64,000 nt of DNA from Pristiophorus japonicus (taxonomy: Eukaryota): positions 12,338,001 through 12,402,000 of the forward strand of contig NC_091998.1 in assembly GCF_044704955.1 (NCBI RefSeq), written 5' to 3'. Made by a program: the position numbers and the translations under genes. The notes under the pieces were generated by a model that did not search any database, was not told the DNA's origin, and saw nothing but the letters and a program-made list of their open reading frames with translations. Every line of letters starts with the position of its first letter. Positions within the stretch are counted from its first letter, which is position 1. Below are positions 26,064-38,124 of this stretch, in pieces.

Positions 26064-27624
26064 CTGCCCTCTCCTACGTCACTGCCCTGCCCCCCCCCCC
26101 CCCCCACACAAAGATCCCTGGTGTTGGGGATTAGACCCCCCAAGGATCGGTCTACCCTAGGATCAGCTCCACACTCTCCACATTAGTGATTGAGCCCACC
26201 CCAGGCTCTGGGATCAGGCCTCCCCTCGCCCCCAGTAGCAGCTGCAGGCTCCCTACCTGCTCCTGCAGGCTGCTCCAGAGTCCTCCCCATCCTATTGGAA
26301 GCCAAGCCTTCTAATCAGGCTGACATCCCAGGGATAATTAAACTAAACTTAATTTTGAAGGCAGCCAAATAGTATAATCTAAATAGGGATCAGTTATGTG
26401 TGTCAGCCATGGCTCAGTGGGTGCCACTCTCACCTCAGTCGTATATCCTAATGTACACCAAAAACAGGTAGTGTTGAGAACAGATGCCAATAGTGAAGGA
26501 CTGGATAGCCAATGGCGTTGAACACCAGGCATTTAGCTCTGGCGCCTAGGCTTAAATCCAGATGCATCATAGAATAAAGCCTGTTTGATTATGTCTGTAT
26601 CTGACAATTACATTTTAATGCCCCATGCATGTGGATTCAGAAGTCTTTTTGGACCCCCACTGTTTCTAGCTTGTCACCATTCAGAAAGCACGCTGATCTA
26701 TCCTTTTCCAGTCCAACATGGATGACCTCACACTTGCCTACATTGAAATCCATGCGCCAGTTTTGCCCATTCACTTAATTAATCTATTATCTTTCCATCT
26801 ACACAGCATACAATGCCACCCATGTGTCATCAGCAAACTTAGATATATGATGCTCCATCTGGTTATCAAAGTAATTAATAAATACAATTAATAGTTGAGG
26901 CTCCAACACAGATCCCTGTGGGACACCACTAGTCACATCCTGCCAATTAGAGTACCTGCCTAATACCCCTACTGTCTCCTGCCACTCAACCAATTGCCAA
27001 ACTCCCCTGGATGGGTACAGCTGCAATACTAAAGAAGCTCGACACCAACCAGGATAAAGCAGTCTTATTTAATAGGCTGCCGCCCCAGCACTTTAAATAT
27101 CCACTCACTCACTCTGCTGCCAGCACACTGTGGCTAGTGTGTGTTATCCATAGGATTGACTGCAATACACCAAGGCTTCTGCAACAACACCTCCCGGACC
27201 CACAATCTCCACCACCTAAAAAATAAATACATGGGCAGCAGGAGTCTGGGAACACCATCACCTCCACTTTTCCCTGCACATCACATCATCCTCACTTGGA
27301 CATATACCACTGTTATACTTCACAGTAGCTGGGTCAAAATCCCAGAACTCCCTACCCAACAGTAGGGAGTACTTGATTGCAGCAATTCAAGATGGCAGCT
27401 CCACCATCAACTTCTGACCTTGCTAGCGACACCCATATCCAAAGAATTAAATTTTTTTAAACTTGGAGAACCTTTTTCTCAAGTGACGCTCCTCGGGTTA
27501 TCTGCCTGTTTGACACATTTGAGTTGAATTCAGCTAAGAGAATACAGTGATCTTAAGCAATTAGTCATTAATATGAAATACTACAGTGCAAAGCAAAAAA
27601 AACTAGAAATGCAAGTGATCAAGT

Positions 27625-27630
27625 TTTATT
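27625..27630 (-). terminator. AATAAA polyadenylation signal of cyclophilin copy 2
   Basis: tttatt on + strand ~30 nt past the stop codon; same position in copy 3. Confidence 0.75.
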
Positions 27631-27660
27631 TAAATTCTATAATTTCATTTGGAAAAATAA

Positions 27661-30600
27661 TTAGTCCAGCTGTCCACAATCAGCGATGGTAACTTTTTTT
27701 TTGGTTTTGCCACTTGAATCGCCCAACGCTTCCATCTTCTTCACAACTTCATCATACCCCTCTGTCACAGATCCAAATACAACATGCTTTCCATTCAACC
27801 TTCAAGATTCAACAACAGACATTAGTGACCACAGAATCGTGCAGTGAATCATGGAGAGAATACTAAGTCACCATACACTTACCACGAAGTAGCCTTGGTG
27901 CATAAAAAAAACTGGGATCCATTCGTATTTGGCCCACTATTGGCCATGGACAGGATACCTGCAACAGTAAGGTGACAAGTAGTAAACATTCCATAAATGT
28001 GTATTGAAATGTTAAAATGCATTTCTGGGCCTTGGAGAAAGATCAGGGTGAGACACTGAGCACAAGTTGGGGGGGACACAGATGACTGAAGATGAACAAG
28101 GTAGGTTTGGAAGCAATTTTGAAAGTGGGTAGAAATACAACAGAAGACTTTGAAATCAATAAATCCAAGCAACAAATTCCTCCAGCTACCTTATAGAAAC
28201 ATAGAAAATAGGTGCAAGAGCAGGCCATTCGGCCCTTCGAGGCTGCACCGCATTCAATATCATGGCTGATCATTCAACCTCAGTATCCCACCCCTGCCTT
28301 CTCTCCAGAACCCTGATCTCTTTAGCCATAAGGACCACATCTAGCTCCCTTTTGAATATGTCCAACAAACTGGGCTCAACAACTTTCTGTGGCAGAGAAT
28401 TCCACAAGTTTACAACTCTCTGGGTGTAATCTTCTCCCTTATTACTAGCATAAAGGCCCAGGTTTGTTATAGGTAAAGATTAAGTTCAACAATTGCTTTT
28501 GTTTATCAAAAATAATATTTTCACTATATTACCATACCTGCACTTCCCAGGTAAACACCCACTAAATGATCTCCAATAGTGGTTCTCACAGGCAAGGCTG
28601 AGGTCTACAGCACTGCGGTGATGTTTATCAAAGATGGAGTGGTGTTTAAAAACAACCACCATTTAAAACAACGACTCAGCTACTTGTAAACAGTCAGATT
28701 ATCATAGAATAGTTACAGCACGGAAGATAACCATTCTGCCCATCAAGGCTGTGTGGCTTTCTCCAAGAGCACTTCAGCCAGTCCCACTCCCCTCCCCTGC
28801 CCTTTCCCCAAAGCCCTGCAATTTATTTTCTGAGGTACTTATCCAACTCCCTTTTGAAATCAGTGATCGAGTCTGCCTCCACTATCCCTTTTGCCAGTGA
28901 ATTCCAAATTCTAACCAACTTGCTGTGTAAAAAAAAAAAGTTGCTTCTTGTGTTGCCTTTGGTTCATTTGCCAATCACCTTAAATCTTTGTCCTCTGGTT
29001 CTCGACCTTTCTGCCAATGGGGAACAGTTTCTCTATCTACTCTGTCCAGACCCCAAATTATGAAGCCTCATGTACCATTTCTGTAGATTGGTAACTACTT
29101 CTGAATGCCTGGCACACACCCTGGGGAGCAGCCAGGTAATGACAATGAAAGCCAGCAGAAACCAGATCTCTATTTCCCCCCCTTTTTTAATAAAAGAGAC
29201 CGTTTAGTTGAAGTGTGGCACCTCAAGTACAACAGATGCAGCTTATCCAAAACTTGGGCAAACCTGAAAGGTCCCAAGACATGGATATATTGGTCATCTA
29301 CACCTTAGAAACAACATTAGCCCAGCTAAGACTTGTCATATTTTCAGTAAGTGTAATGAACAGATGATGCCGTTCAAAAATGTTGCAAATGTAGCCACTT
29401 AAAACTGAAAGTAACAATTTGATTTGCAGAACTATTCATATAGAAATAAACAGTTGCTTATTATATGACACCTTGTCAGAAATGTCTCAAAAGCAATGAC
29501 TTTGGCTTCAATATAATTTACTTGGGATTCTCCAATGATATTTTATACAATGGTATTTGATAATATTCCATCTCGCAGCCCTCATTTTTCACACCGCTTC
29601 CATCTGGTCCCCATCTTCCCGCTACCCACACCGTCCTTCACTCCAACAAACTCAACATTCCCTTCCTCCTACCTCCTCCACTCTTCCCACCCCACCCCTG
29701 AAACACATCCTACTTACCAGGCCCTGTGTGCTTCAGTGTGAAGTTCTCATCCGCAAACTTGGTCCCATAGATGGACTTTCCACCCGTGCCGTTGTGCGCT
29801 GTGAAGTCACCGCCCTGTACAATGGAAAGTTGAGCAGGTCATTAACCATTGACTGAAACTGAGAGAAATCATTATTAGTCAGGAAATTGTGTTAGGGAAA
29901 TTGATGGTATTGAAGGTCGATAAATCCCCAGGGCCTGATAGTCTGCATCCCAGAGTACTTAAGGAAGTGGCCATAGAAATAGTGGATGCATTGGTGATCA
30001 TTTTCCAACAGTCTATCAACTCTGGATCAGTTCCTATGGACTGGAGGGTAGCTAATGTAACACCACTTTTTAAAAAAGGGAGAGAAAACAGGGAATTATA
30101 GACCGGTTAGCCTGACATCAGTAGTGGGGAAAATGTTGGAATCAATTATTAAAGATGAAATAGCAGCGCATTTGGAAAGCAGTGACAGGATCGGTCCAAG
30201 TCAGCATGGAATTATGAAAGGGAAATCATGCTTGACAAATCTTCTAGAATTTTGTGAGTATGTAACTAGTAGTGGACAAGGGAGAATCAGTGGATGTGGT
30301 GTATTTGGACTTTCAAAAGGCTTTTGACAAGGTCCCACACAAGAGATTGGTCTGCAAAATTAAAGCACATGGTATTGGGGGTAATGTATTGACATGGATA
30401 GAGAACTGGTTGGCAGACAGGAAGCAGAGAGTCGGATAAACGGGTCCTTTTCAGAATGGCAAGCAGTGACTAGTAGGGTGCCGCAGGGCTCAGTGCTGGG
30501 ACCACAGCTATTTACAATATACATCAATGATTTAGATGAAGGAATTGAGTATAATATCTCCAGGTTTGCAGATGGCACTAAGCTTGGTGGTGGTGTAAGC

Positions 30601-33600
30601 TGTGAGGAGGATGCTAAGAGGCTGCAGGATGACTTGCACAGGTTAGGTGAGTGGGCAAATGCATGGCAGATGCAGTATAATGTGGATAAATGTGAGGTTA
30701 TCCACTTCGGTGGCAAACACAAGACAACAGAATATCTGAATGGCAGCAGATTAGGAAAAGGGGAGGTGCAACAAGACCTGAGTGCCATGGTACATCAGTC
30801 ATTGAAGGTTGGCATGCAGGTGCAGCAGGCGATGAAGAAAGCAAATGGCATGTTGGCCTTCATAGGTAGGGGATTTGAGTATAGGAGCAGGGAGATCTTG
30901 CTGCAGCTGTACAGGGGCTTGGTGAGGCCTCACCTGGAATATTGTGTTCAGTTTTAGTCTCCTAATCTGAAGAAGGACATTCTTGTTATGAGGGAGTGCA
31001 ATGAAGGTACACCAGACTGATTCCCGGGATGGCAGGACTGACGTATGAGAGACTGGATCGACTGGGCCTGTATCATAGAAACATATAAAATTCTGATGGG
31101 ATTGGACAGGTTAGATGCAGGAAGAATGTTCCCGATGTTGGGGGAGTCCAGAACCAAGGGTCACAGTTTAAGGATAAGGGCTAGGCCATTTAGGACCGAG
31201 ATAAGGAAAAGCTTCTTCACTCAGAGTTGTTAACCTGTGGAATTCCGTACCACAGAGAGTTGTTGATGCCAGCTCGTTGGATATATTCAAGAGCGAGTTG
31301 GATATGGCCCTTATGGCTAAAGGGATCAAGGGGTATGGAGAGAAAGCAGGAAAGGGGTACTGAGGTGAATGATCAGTCATGATCTTATTGAATGGCGGTG
31401 CAGGCTCGAAGGACCGAATGGGCTACTCCTGCACCTATTTTCCATGTTTCTATGAAACAGGCACAGAGACATTCCCAACTATTCGCAAAATAAACTTGCT
31501 CCTCACCTGGCACATGAATTCAGGAATGATTCTGTGGAATGTGGAGCCCTTGTAACCAAAACCCTTCTCACCGGTGCACAACGCACGGAAGTTTTCTGTA
31601 ACAAAACCATTCAGAGTAAGACCAGACATCGATACAACGGAGACTTTCTTCAGCTCAACACAGTCAGTTCCTGGGACTTACCTGCAGTCTTTGGGACCAC
31701 ATCAGCCCTGAGCTGAAAGAGACAACAGTGCACAGCTTCAGTATATCGACCACGTACAATAATAAAACACTACAGATTTACAGCCGTAATCCCTGTTCAA
31801 ACATTATATTGAGAAGATTTGTAAAAGCTAAATCACACGTACACATGAACAAGTTTTATACAGACCAACAGTAACAATTGTAGCGACACTGCTGCTGGAC
31901 TTGGATGCAATTATTTTACCACATAGCTGATCAATAAGCATTTAAAAGTGGTTCTTAAACTTGTGTGGGGTAATTCCTGTAATTCCCAACATAACCCTGG
32001 AGTCCCTTACAAATATTGTCTGAGGAACCTTAATTTCACACAGACAATGTCAGCTAGTCAATGGAAACCAGTGGCATCACTGCAGGAATTACTGGAAATC
32101 ATTTTTTTTTTTAAAGCTGTTAACACATTGGGGAAAGAGGGAGAAAAGTGCAAAGAAGCCAAAACACCTGCAATGGCTCTTGTTGCTACCTCATGAGTAG
32201 CAACCCAACTTCAGTGTGCCAGTGCAGCCTTCGGTAAAGGACCATAAACCCGGCACCAAGCTCATGCTCTACAGAGCAGTAGTGATACCCACCCTGCTAC
32301 ATGATTCAGAGACATGTTCTATCTACTGCAAGCACCTCAAAGCACTGGAAGTACCACCAACGCTGCCTCCGCAAGATCCTGCCAATCCATTGGCAGGATA
32401 GACGCACCAACGTCAGTGTTCTCGCTCAGGCCAACATCCCCAGCATCGAAGCATTGACCACATTCAATCAACTCCAATGGACAGGCCACATTGTCCGCAT
32501 GCCCAACACTAGATCCCGAAACAAACACTCTACTCAGAGCTCCAACAGGGCAATCGAGTCCCAGGTGGGTCGAGGAAATGCTTCAAGAACACCCTCAAAG
32601 CCTTGTTGAAAAAGTGCAATGACCCCACCGACACCTGGGAATCGCTGGCTCAAGGCCTCTCAAAGTAGAGAAGCATCTGGGAAGGCGCCCAACACCGAGT
32701 CTGTTCATCGGGAGCAAGCGGAAGCCAAGCTCAAACAGCGGAAGGAGCGCACGACAACCCAAGCACCCCACCCACCTGCAACAGACTGCAGATCCCGCAC
32801 CAGACTCATCATCACCTGAGAACTCTCATTAGCATGGAAGCAAGTCATCCTCGACTCCAAGGGACTGCCTAAGAAGCAATTCAACTGCCCCATCAGACAC
32901 TCTCACCAACCATCTATTCTTGATCCCTGCGCCAGCTGACATTATAAGTGGTTCCCTCTTTTCAGGTTCATTTCCCACTTCCTTTCACAGCTGCCATCAC
33001 TCCTCTCCTCAAAACCCATGCTTGACCCCCACCGCTCACGGCCTTGGGGGGCGGCGGGGGAATAATAGAGTTCAGCCTTAAAAATGGGTGGTTTGGGGTC
33101 GTGCACAAAGATAAAGTGTTAAAAATCTGTATCCCACCCAGTTTCAGTTTTAATAGAGGTAGAATGGGGTGCACAGCCAACCTGTTCCCAGGAGACAGGT
33201 CGCCCATTTAATTATGAGCTGGAAACCTCTGATTTAACTTCAGCTGGTTGGGTTTCGCAGGCCTCCTGGATCCAGTGTCCATGCCCAAGTCCAACCCCTA
33301 CTAATGTTACGTTAGTGAGTTTATTTACATTGGATACACGGGCACGGAAACAGGACATTCGGCCCAACTAGTCCATGCCGGCGTTTATGTTCCACTTGAG
33401 CCTCCTCCAGTCTTTCTTCATCTAAATGCAACCCTCGATTCCTTTCTCCCTCATATGCTTATCTCGCCTCTGCTAAAATGCATCGATACTATTCACCCCA
33501 ACCCCTCCCTGTGGTAGTGAGTTCCACATTCTTACCACTCTCTGGGTAAAGAAGTTTTCTCCTGAATTTGATTTCTTGGTGACTATCTTATATTGATGGT

Positions 33601-34359
33601 CTCTAGTTTTGCTCTTCCCCACAAGTGGAAACATTCTCTCTCCATCCACTCTATCGAAACCCTTCATAATTTTAAAAGACCTCTATCAGGTCACCCCGCA
33701 GCAGTTTCAAACAAAAAGGGCCCCAGCCTATTCATCCTTTCCTAACCTCACATTTCTGGTATCATCCTTGTAAATCTACTCTGCACCCTCTCCAGTGCCT
33801 CTATCATTCCGGGAATATAGCCACACATGTACACAGGACTCCAAAGTGTGGTCTAGTGTTGCACGCTTACTGTTAGTTTTTAAACCCAATTTTGCAGCGA
33901 CTGCACACATTCCAGAGGCGCCACACCTTGCTGCTCTTGGCCCGCGCAGGCGCACTGGTCCGGGGAACAGCTCCCCCAGCGGCCGGTCTGTCTCGGCTCA
34001 GCCCAGGACCGCGCAGGCGCACTGGTCCCGGGAACAGCTCCCCCAGCGGCCGGTCTGTCTCGGCTCAGCCCAGGACCGCGCAGGCGCACTGGTCCCGGGA
34101 ACAGCTCCCCCAGCGGCCGGTCTGTCTCGGCTGAGCCCAGGGCCGCGCAGGCGCACTGGTCCCGGGAACAGCTTCCCCCAGCGGCCGGTCTGTCTCGGCT
34201 GAGCCCAGGACCGCGCAGGCGCACTGGTCCCGGGAACAGCTCCCCCAGCGGCCGGCGGCACCGCCTCCGGGAAGCGCAGCTCACCGTCATCACGATCCGG
34301 CCCAGTCTTTTGCCTTCGATATCGATGTCCATGAAAACCCGGGGATTGTTGCCGGCCAT
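27661..34359 (-). CDS. Cyclophilin-type peptidyl-prolyl cis-trans isomerase, copy 2 (complete, 168 aa)
   Basis: Exons complement(34285-34359, 31682-31712, 31507-31595, 29718-29814, 27883-27958, 27661-27799) = 75/31/89/97/76/139 nt = 507 nt, all GT-AG, open frame to [171 protein letters not shown]. Equivalents of CypA R55, F60, Q63, W121 and H126 are intact. Confidence 0.96.
28194..28428 (-). mobile_element. CR1 3' end fragment in copy 2 intron 4
   Basis: CR1 tail; absent at the homologous site of copy 3. Confidence 0.8.
29860..31452 (+). mobile_element. CR1 LINE in copy 2 intron 3
   Basis: RT motifs; flanked by tgaaac (29854-29859 and 31453-31458); this intron is ~90 bp in copies 1 and 3. 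Confidence 0.93.
32210..32875 (+). mobile_element. 5'-truncated RTE in copy 2 intron 1
   Basis: RTE peptides; TSD-like agcaacccaact / agcaattcaact; empty site in copy 3 (~49515). Confidence 0.87.
33943..34256. repeat. 67-bp minisatellite (~4.7 copies) at the 5' end of copy 2 intron 1, carrying an NRF1-like GCGCCTGCGC motif
   Basis: cgcgcaggcgcactggtcccgggaacagctcccccagcggccggtctgtctcggctcagcccaggac at 33943, 34010, 34077, 34144 and 34212. Confidence 0.92.
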
Positions 34360-34459
34360 GGTGCGGGAGGGTTTGCCGAGCTCAGTGTGTGAGAGACCGT
34401 TCGGTAAAGTGGCGCAGAGGAGCGGCTCGCGGGTAAAAGGGCAGGACTGGGCTTTGGCG

Positions 34460-34815
34460 GGGCCTTAAGTCGCGTTTCCTGTCAATCACACGGAGGGCGG
34501 GGCCACGCTCCCCATTGGCTGTCAGTCACACAGCGGGCGGGGCCGCTCTCCCCATTGGCTGTCAGTCACGGAGGGCGGGGCCGCTCTCTCATTTGGCTGT
34601 CAGTCACGGAGGGCGGGGCCGCTCTCCCCATTGGCTGTCAGTCACGGAGGGCGGGGCCGCTCTCCCCATTGGCTGTCAGTCACGGAGGGCGGGGCCGCTC
34701 TCCCCATTGACTGTCAGTCACACAGCGGGCGGAGCCGCTCTCCCCATTGGCTGTCAGTCACGGAGGGCGGGGCCGCTCTCCCCATTGGCTGTCAGTCACG
34801 GAGGGCGGGGCTATA
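34460..34815 (-). promoter_or_regulatory. Copy 2 promoter: 9 near-identical 38-40-bp tandem modules (GC box + TGACTGACAG + CCAAT)
   Basis: ctgtcagtcacggagggcggggccgctctccccattgg units start at 34479, 34519, 34559, 34597, 34635, 34673, 34711, 34751 and 34789; cttaag at 34464-34469. Confidence 0.8.
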
Positions 34816-35093
34816 ATCCCGCACAATGTCTCTGTTCCTGTCTCCATGTGGCGACTGGTTCCCGCTGCTCCCGCCAAACTTTATATAAAAAAACACTTGC
34901 ATTTATATAGCGCCTTTCACGACCACCGGATCTCTCAAAGCGCTGTACAGCCGATGAAGTACTTTTGAAGTGCAGTCACTGTTGTAATGTGGGAAATGCG
35001 GCAGCCAATTTGCGCACAGCAAGCTCCCACACACAGCAATGTGATAAATGACCAGATCATCTCTTTTTGTTATGTTGATTGAGGGATAAATAT

Positions 35094-35838
35094 TGCGATT
35101 GTACTGTGTTTTTTCTGTCCGGTGCATGCGTCTACCCTAATGCCGCCGGGGGGTGGGGGGAGGGGGGGGAAGAGAGAGAACGAGGGGGAGCAGAGGGGGA
35201 GGAGAGAGAAAGCCTGGGAGGGGTGCAATAGAAGTCATCAGGCTTGTAGTGGAAATGAAGCGACTTCAGGTTCCAGTTCAGGTGCCTCTGTTGGCTGTTC
35301 AAAGACATCGTGATACTTGTATTCTCCATGTGCAGGGAGAAAGAGAGAGCCTGGGGTGGGAGGGAGGGAGAGAGAGTCTGGCGCTGGGAAGAGAGAGCCT
35401 GGATGGCGGGGGGGGAGTGGGAAGCGGAGTGGAGAGAGGGAACCCTGTACAAGGGACATCGTTGGAGTGGATGAAATCCAGAAGTCATGACTGTCACCAC
35501 TTCATACCCAATAAACCCCATCTATAGTGTGGAGGGGAGTGGTGCGGTTGGTAAGGGCATGCACTTGCGCTGGTGTAAGGAGGGACTTCGGTTGGGGGAG
35601 GGATGCACTTATGCTGCTGGGGCAAGGACTTCGGCTGGCACTTGGTGGCTGCTGGGGAGATCTATCCTCTGTGGCATCTGGAAGTCAAAATAGATCGAGT
35701 TACAATTTGCGAAGTTAGTGAGAACTTCGGAAGGGCGGTTCCAGTTACACATTCCAGAGAAACTTCAAAGTGTGCATTATCCTCCGAGGGGACCAGACAC
35801 AAAGGGCGACCATTTTTACAGTACAAATAAACACGTCC
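35094..35838 (+). repeat. Unclassified interspersed repeat inserted in the promoter-upstream SINE
   Basis: Flanked by ataaatat on both sides; 35445-35790 is homologous in inverse orientation to 61440-61800 and 37730-37850. Confidence 0.5.
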
Positions 35839-35897
35839 ATAAATATCAGCCAGGACACTGGGGCAAACTGCCCTACTCTGCTTCGATATAGTGCCAT

Positions 35898-36789
35898 GGT
35901 GACGGTGTGAGCTGTGAGGAGGACGCTAAAAGGCTGCAGGGTGACTTGGACAGGTTAGGCGAGTGGGCAAACGCATGGCAGATGCAGTATAATGTGGATA
36001 AATGTGAGGTTATCCACTTTGGTGGCAAAAACACGAAGGCAGAATATTATCTGAATGGCGGCAGATTAGGAAAAGGGGAGGTGCAACGACACCTGGGTGT
36101 CATGATACATCAGTCATTGAAAGTTGGCATGCAGGTACAGCAGGTGGTGAAGAAGGCAAATGGTATGTTGGCCTTCATAGCTAGGGGATTTGAGTATAGG
36201 AGCAGGGAGGTCTTACTGCAGTTGTACAGGGCCTTAGTGAGGCCTCACCTGGAATATTGTGTTCAGTTTTGGTCTCCTAATCTGAGGAAGGACGTTCTTG
36301 CTAATGAGGGAGTGCAGCGAAGGTTCACCAGACTGATTCCCGGATTGGCAGGACTGACATATGAGGAGAGACTGGATCGACTGGGCCTATATTCACTGGA
36401 GTTTAGAAGGATGAGAGGGGATCTCATAGAAACATAAAATTCTGACGGGACTGGACAGGTTAGATGCAGGAAGAATGTTCCCAATGTTGGTGAAGTCCAG
36501 AACCAGGGGACATAGTCTAAGGATAAGGGGTAAGCCATTTAGGACTGAGATGAGGAGAAATTTATTTATTCAGAGAGTTGTTAACCTGTGGAATTCCCTA
36601 CCGCAGAGAGTTGTTTGATGCCAGTTCATTGGATATATTCAAGAGGGAGTTAGATATGGCTCTTACGGGGTATGAAGCAAATGCGGGAAAGGAGTACTGA
36701 GGTGAATGATCAGCCATGATCTTACTGAATGGTGGTGCAGGCTCGAAGGCCGAATGGCCTACTCCTGCACCTATTTTCTATGTTTCTAT
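35898..36789 (+). mobile_element. CR1 3' fragment
   Basis: ORF 35907-36437 RT C-terminus; tail. Confidence 0.92.
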
Positions 36790-37029
36790 TCACCTAAGAA
36801 GGCTAAACCTTTATGATACACAATTAGGCATCAACTGGAGTATTATGTTCAAATCGGAGCACCACACTTTAAGCAAGATATTCAGGCTTTAACAAGGGTA
36901 CAGACTTCAGTTACATGGAGAGACTGGAGAAGCTGGGGTTGTTCTTAGAGCAGAAAAGGTCAAGAGGAGATTTCATGGAGGCGTTCAAAATCATAAACTG
37001 TTTTAAGGAGAAACTGTTTCCAGTTCTAT

Positions 37030-37650
37030 GAAGTTAGAGTTTTTAATAGTTTATAAGCAAGTACAGAGCCAAATAAAAGTTTGGGCAGGTAGGAACGAAC
37101 AAAAGGGAATGTTTGTGATAGCACGGAGAGCAGGTCTGATGAAATGACAAAAGGAATGATGGTTCAAGGCAAATGGGAATGGTAATGGCACAATAAAGAA
37201 ACAAAAGATGGGTCCAGAGGAGGTATAAATGCTTTCAGCAAAACAATTGCCTCATCTTTCAATTAGGCATTTTACAGTCTTCCGACCTCAACACTGAGTC
37301 CAACAACTTCAGATTATAACCACCCATTATCTGGGACAGCAGGTCCAGACTTGATGCGAATTAGGATACGGACAACAGAGATTTGGATGAACTCAAATTT
37401 ATGGGGAGTGGAAGATGAGAGGCTGGCCAGGAGAGTATTGGAATAGCCAAGTCAAGAAGTAACAAAGGCATGGGTGAGGGTTCCAGCAACAGAAGACCTG
37501 AGGGAGGGAAGCTGTCGGGCGATACGGAGATAAAATAGGCAGACCCGGTGAAGTGGTCGGAAGCTCACCTCGGGGTAAGAATTACCACCACGGTTGTGAA
37601 CTTCTGGTTCGGCCTCAGACAGTTGCCAGGGAGTTGGTGGCTAGGGAAAA
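37030..37650. mobile_element. Old Penelope-like fragment (+) followed by L2-like fragment (-); paralogous to 60670-61355
   Basis: cctcatctttcaattaggcattttacag...aacaacttc resembles a GIY-YIG C-terminus (LIFRLG.LQP.GLN.EFNNF). The adjacent segment encodes the L2-type HAFVTSRLDY motif. Confidence 0.6.
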
Positions 37651-38124
37651 GAGTGTGTGTCGGAGACGTAGTTATTTGCACGAGAGAAATGCTCTAATTG
37701 GGTCTCCGTGATCACATGACCTGATTGCTGATTGGAGGATAAGACACATCCAGCAGTTTCTCTGAAATGTGCAATTAGAACCGCCCAGCCCAAGTTCTCA
37801 GTGACTTTGTAAAGTGTAATTCGACCCATTATGACTACCGACTCCAGACAAAAGAGAGTTCTCCCCACTCTGCCCAAGTTCCTGCCCCATCCCAGCCGAT
37901 GTTCCTGCCTCATCCGAGCCCACGTTCCTCACTCCCCCAGCCCAAGTTCATGCCCCTTCCAGCCCCCCCAGCCCAAGTTCATGCCCCCCCCCCAGCACAA
38001 GTTACTGCCCCCCAGACCAAGTTCCTTCCCCCCCCAACCCAAGTTCATGTCTCCCAGCCCAAGTTCCTCCCCCCCCCCCAAATCTGAGTTAATTCCCCGC
38101 AGCCCAAGTTCCTACCCCATCCCA

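Noticed and set aside
33955-34245. STAT/GAS interferon-response site in the 67-bp unit (gtcccgggaa)
   Set aside because: Does not match TTC-N3-GAA on either strand; too weak to claim.
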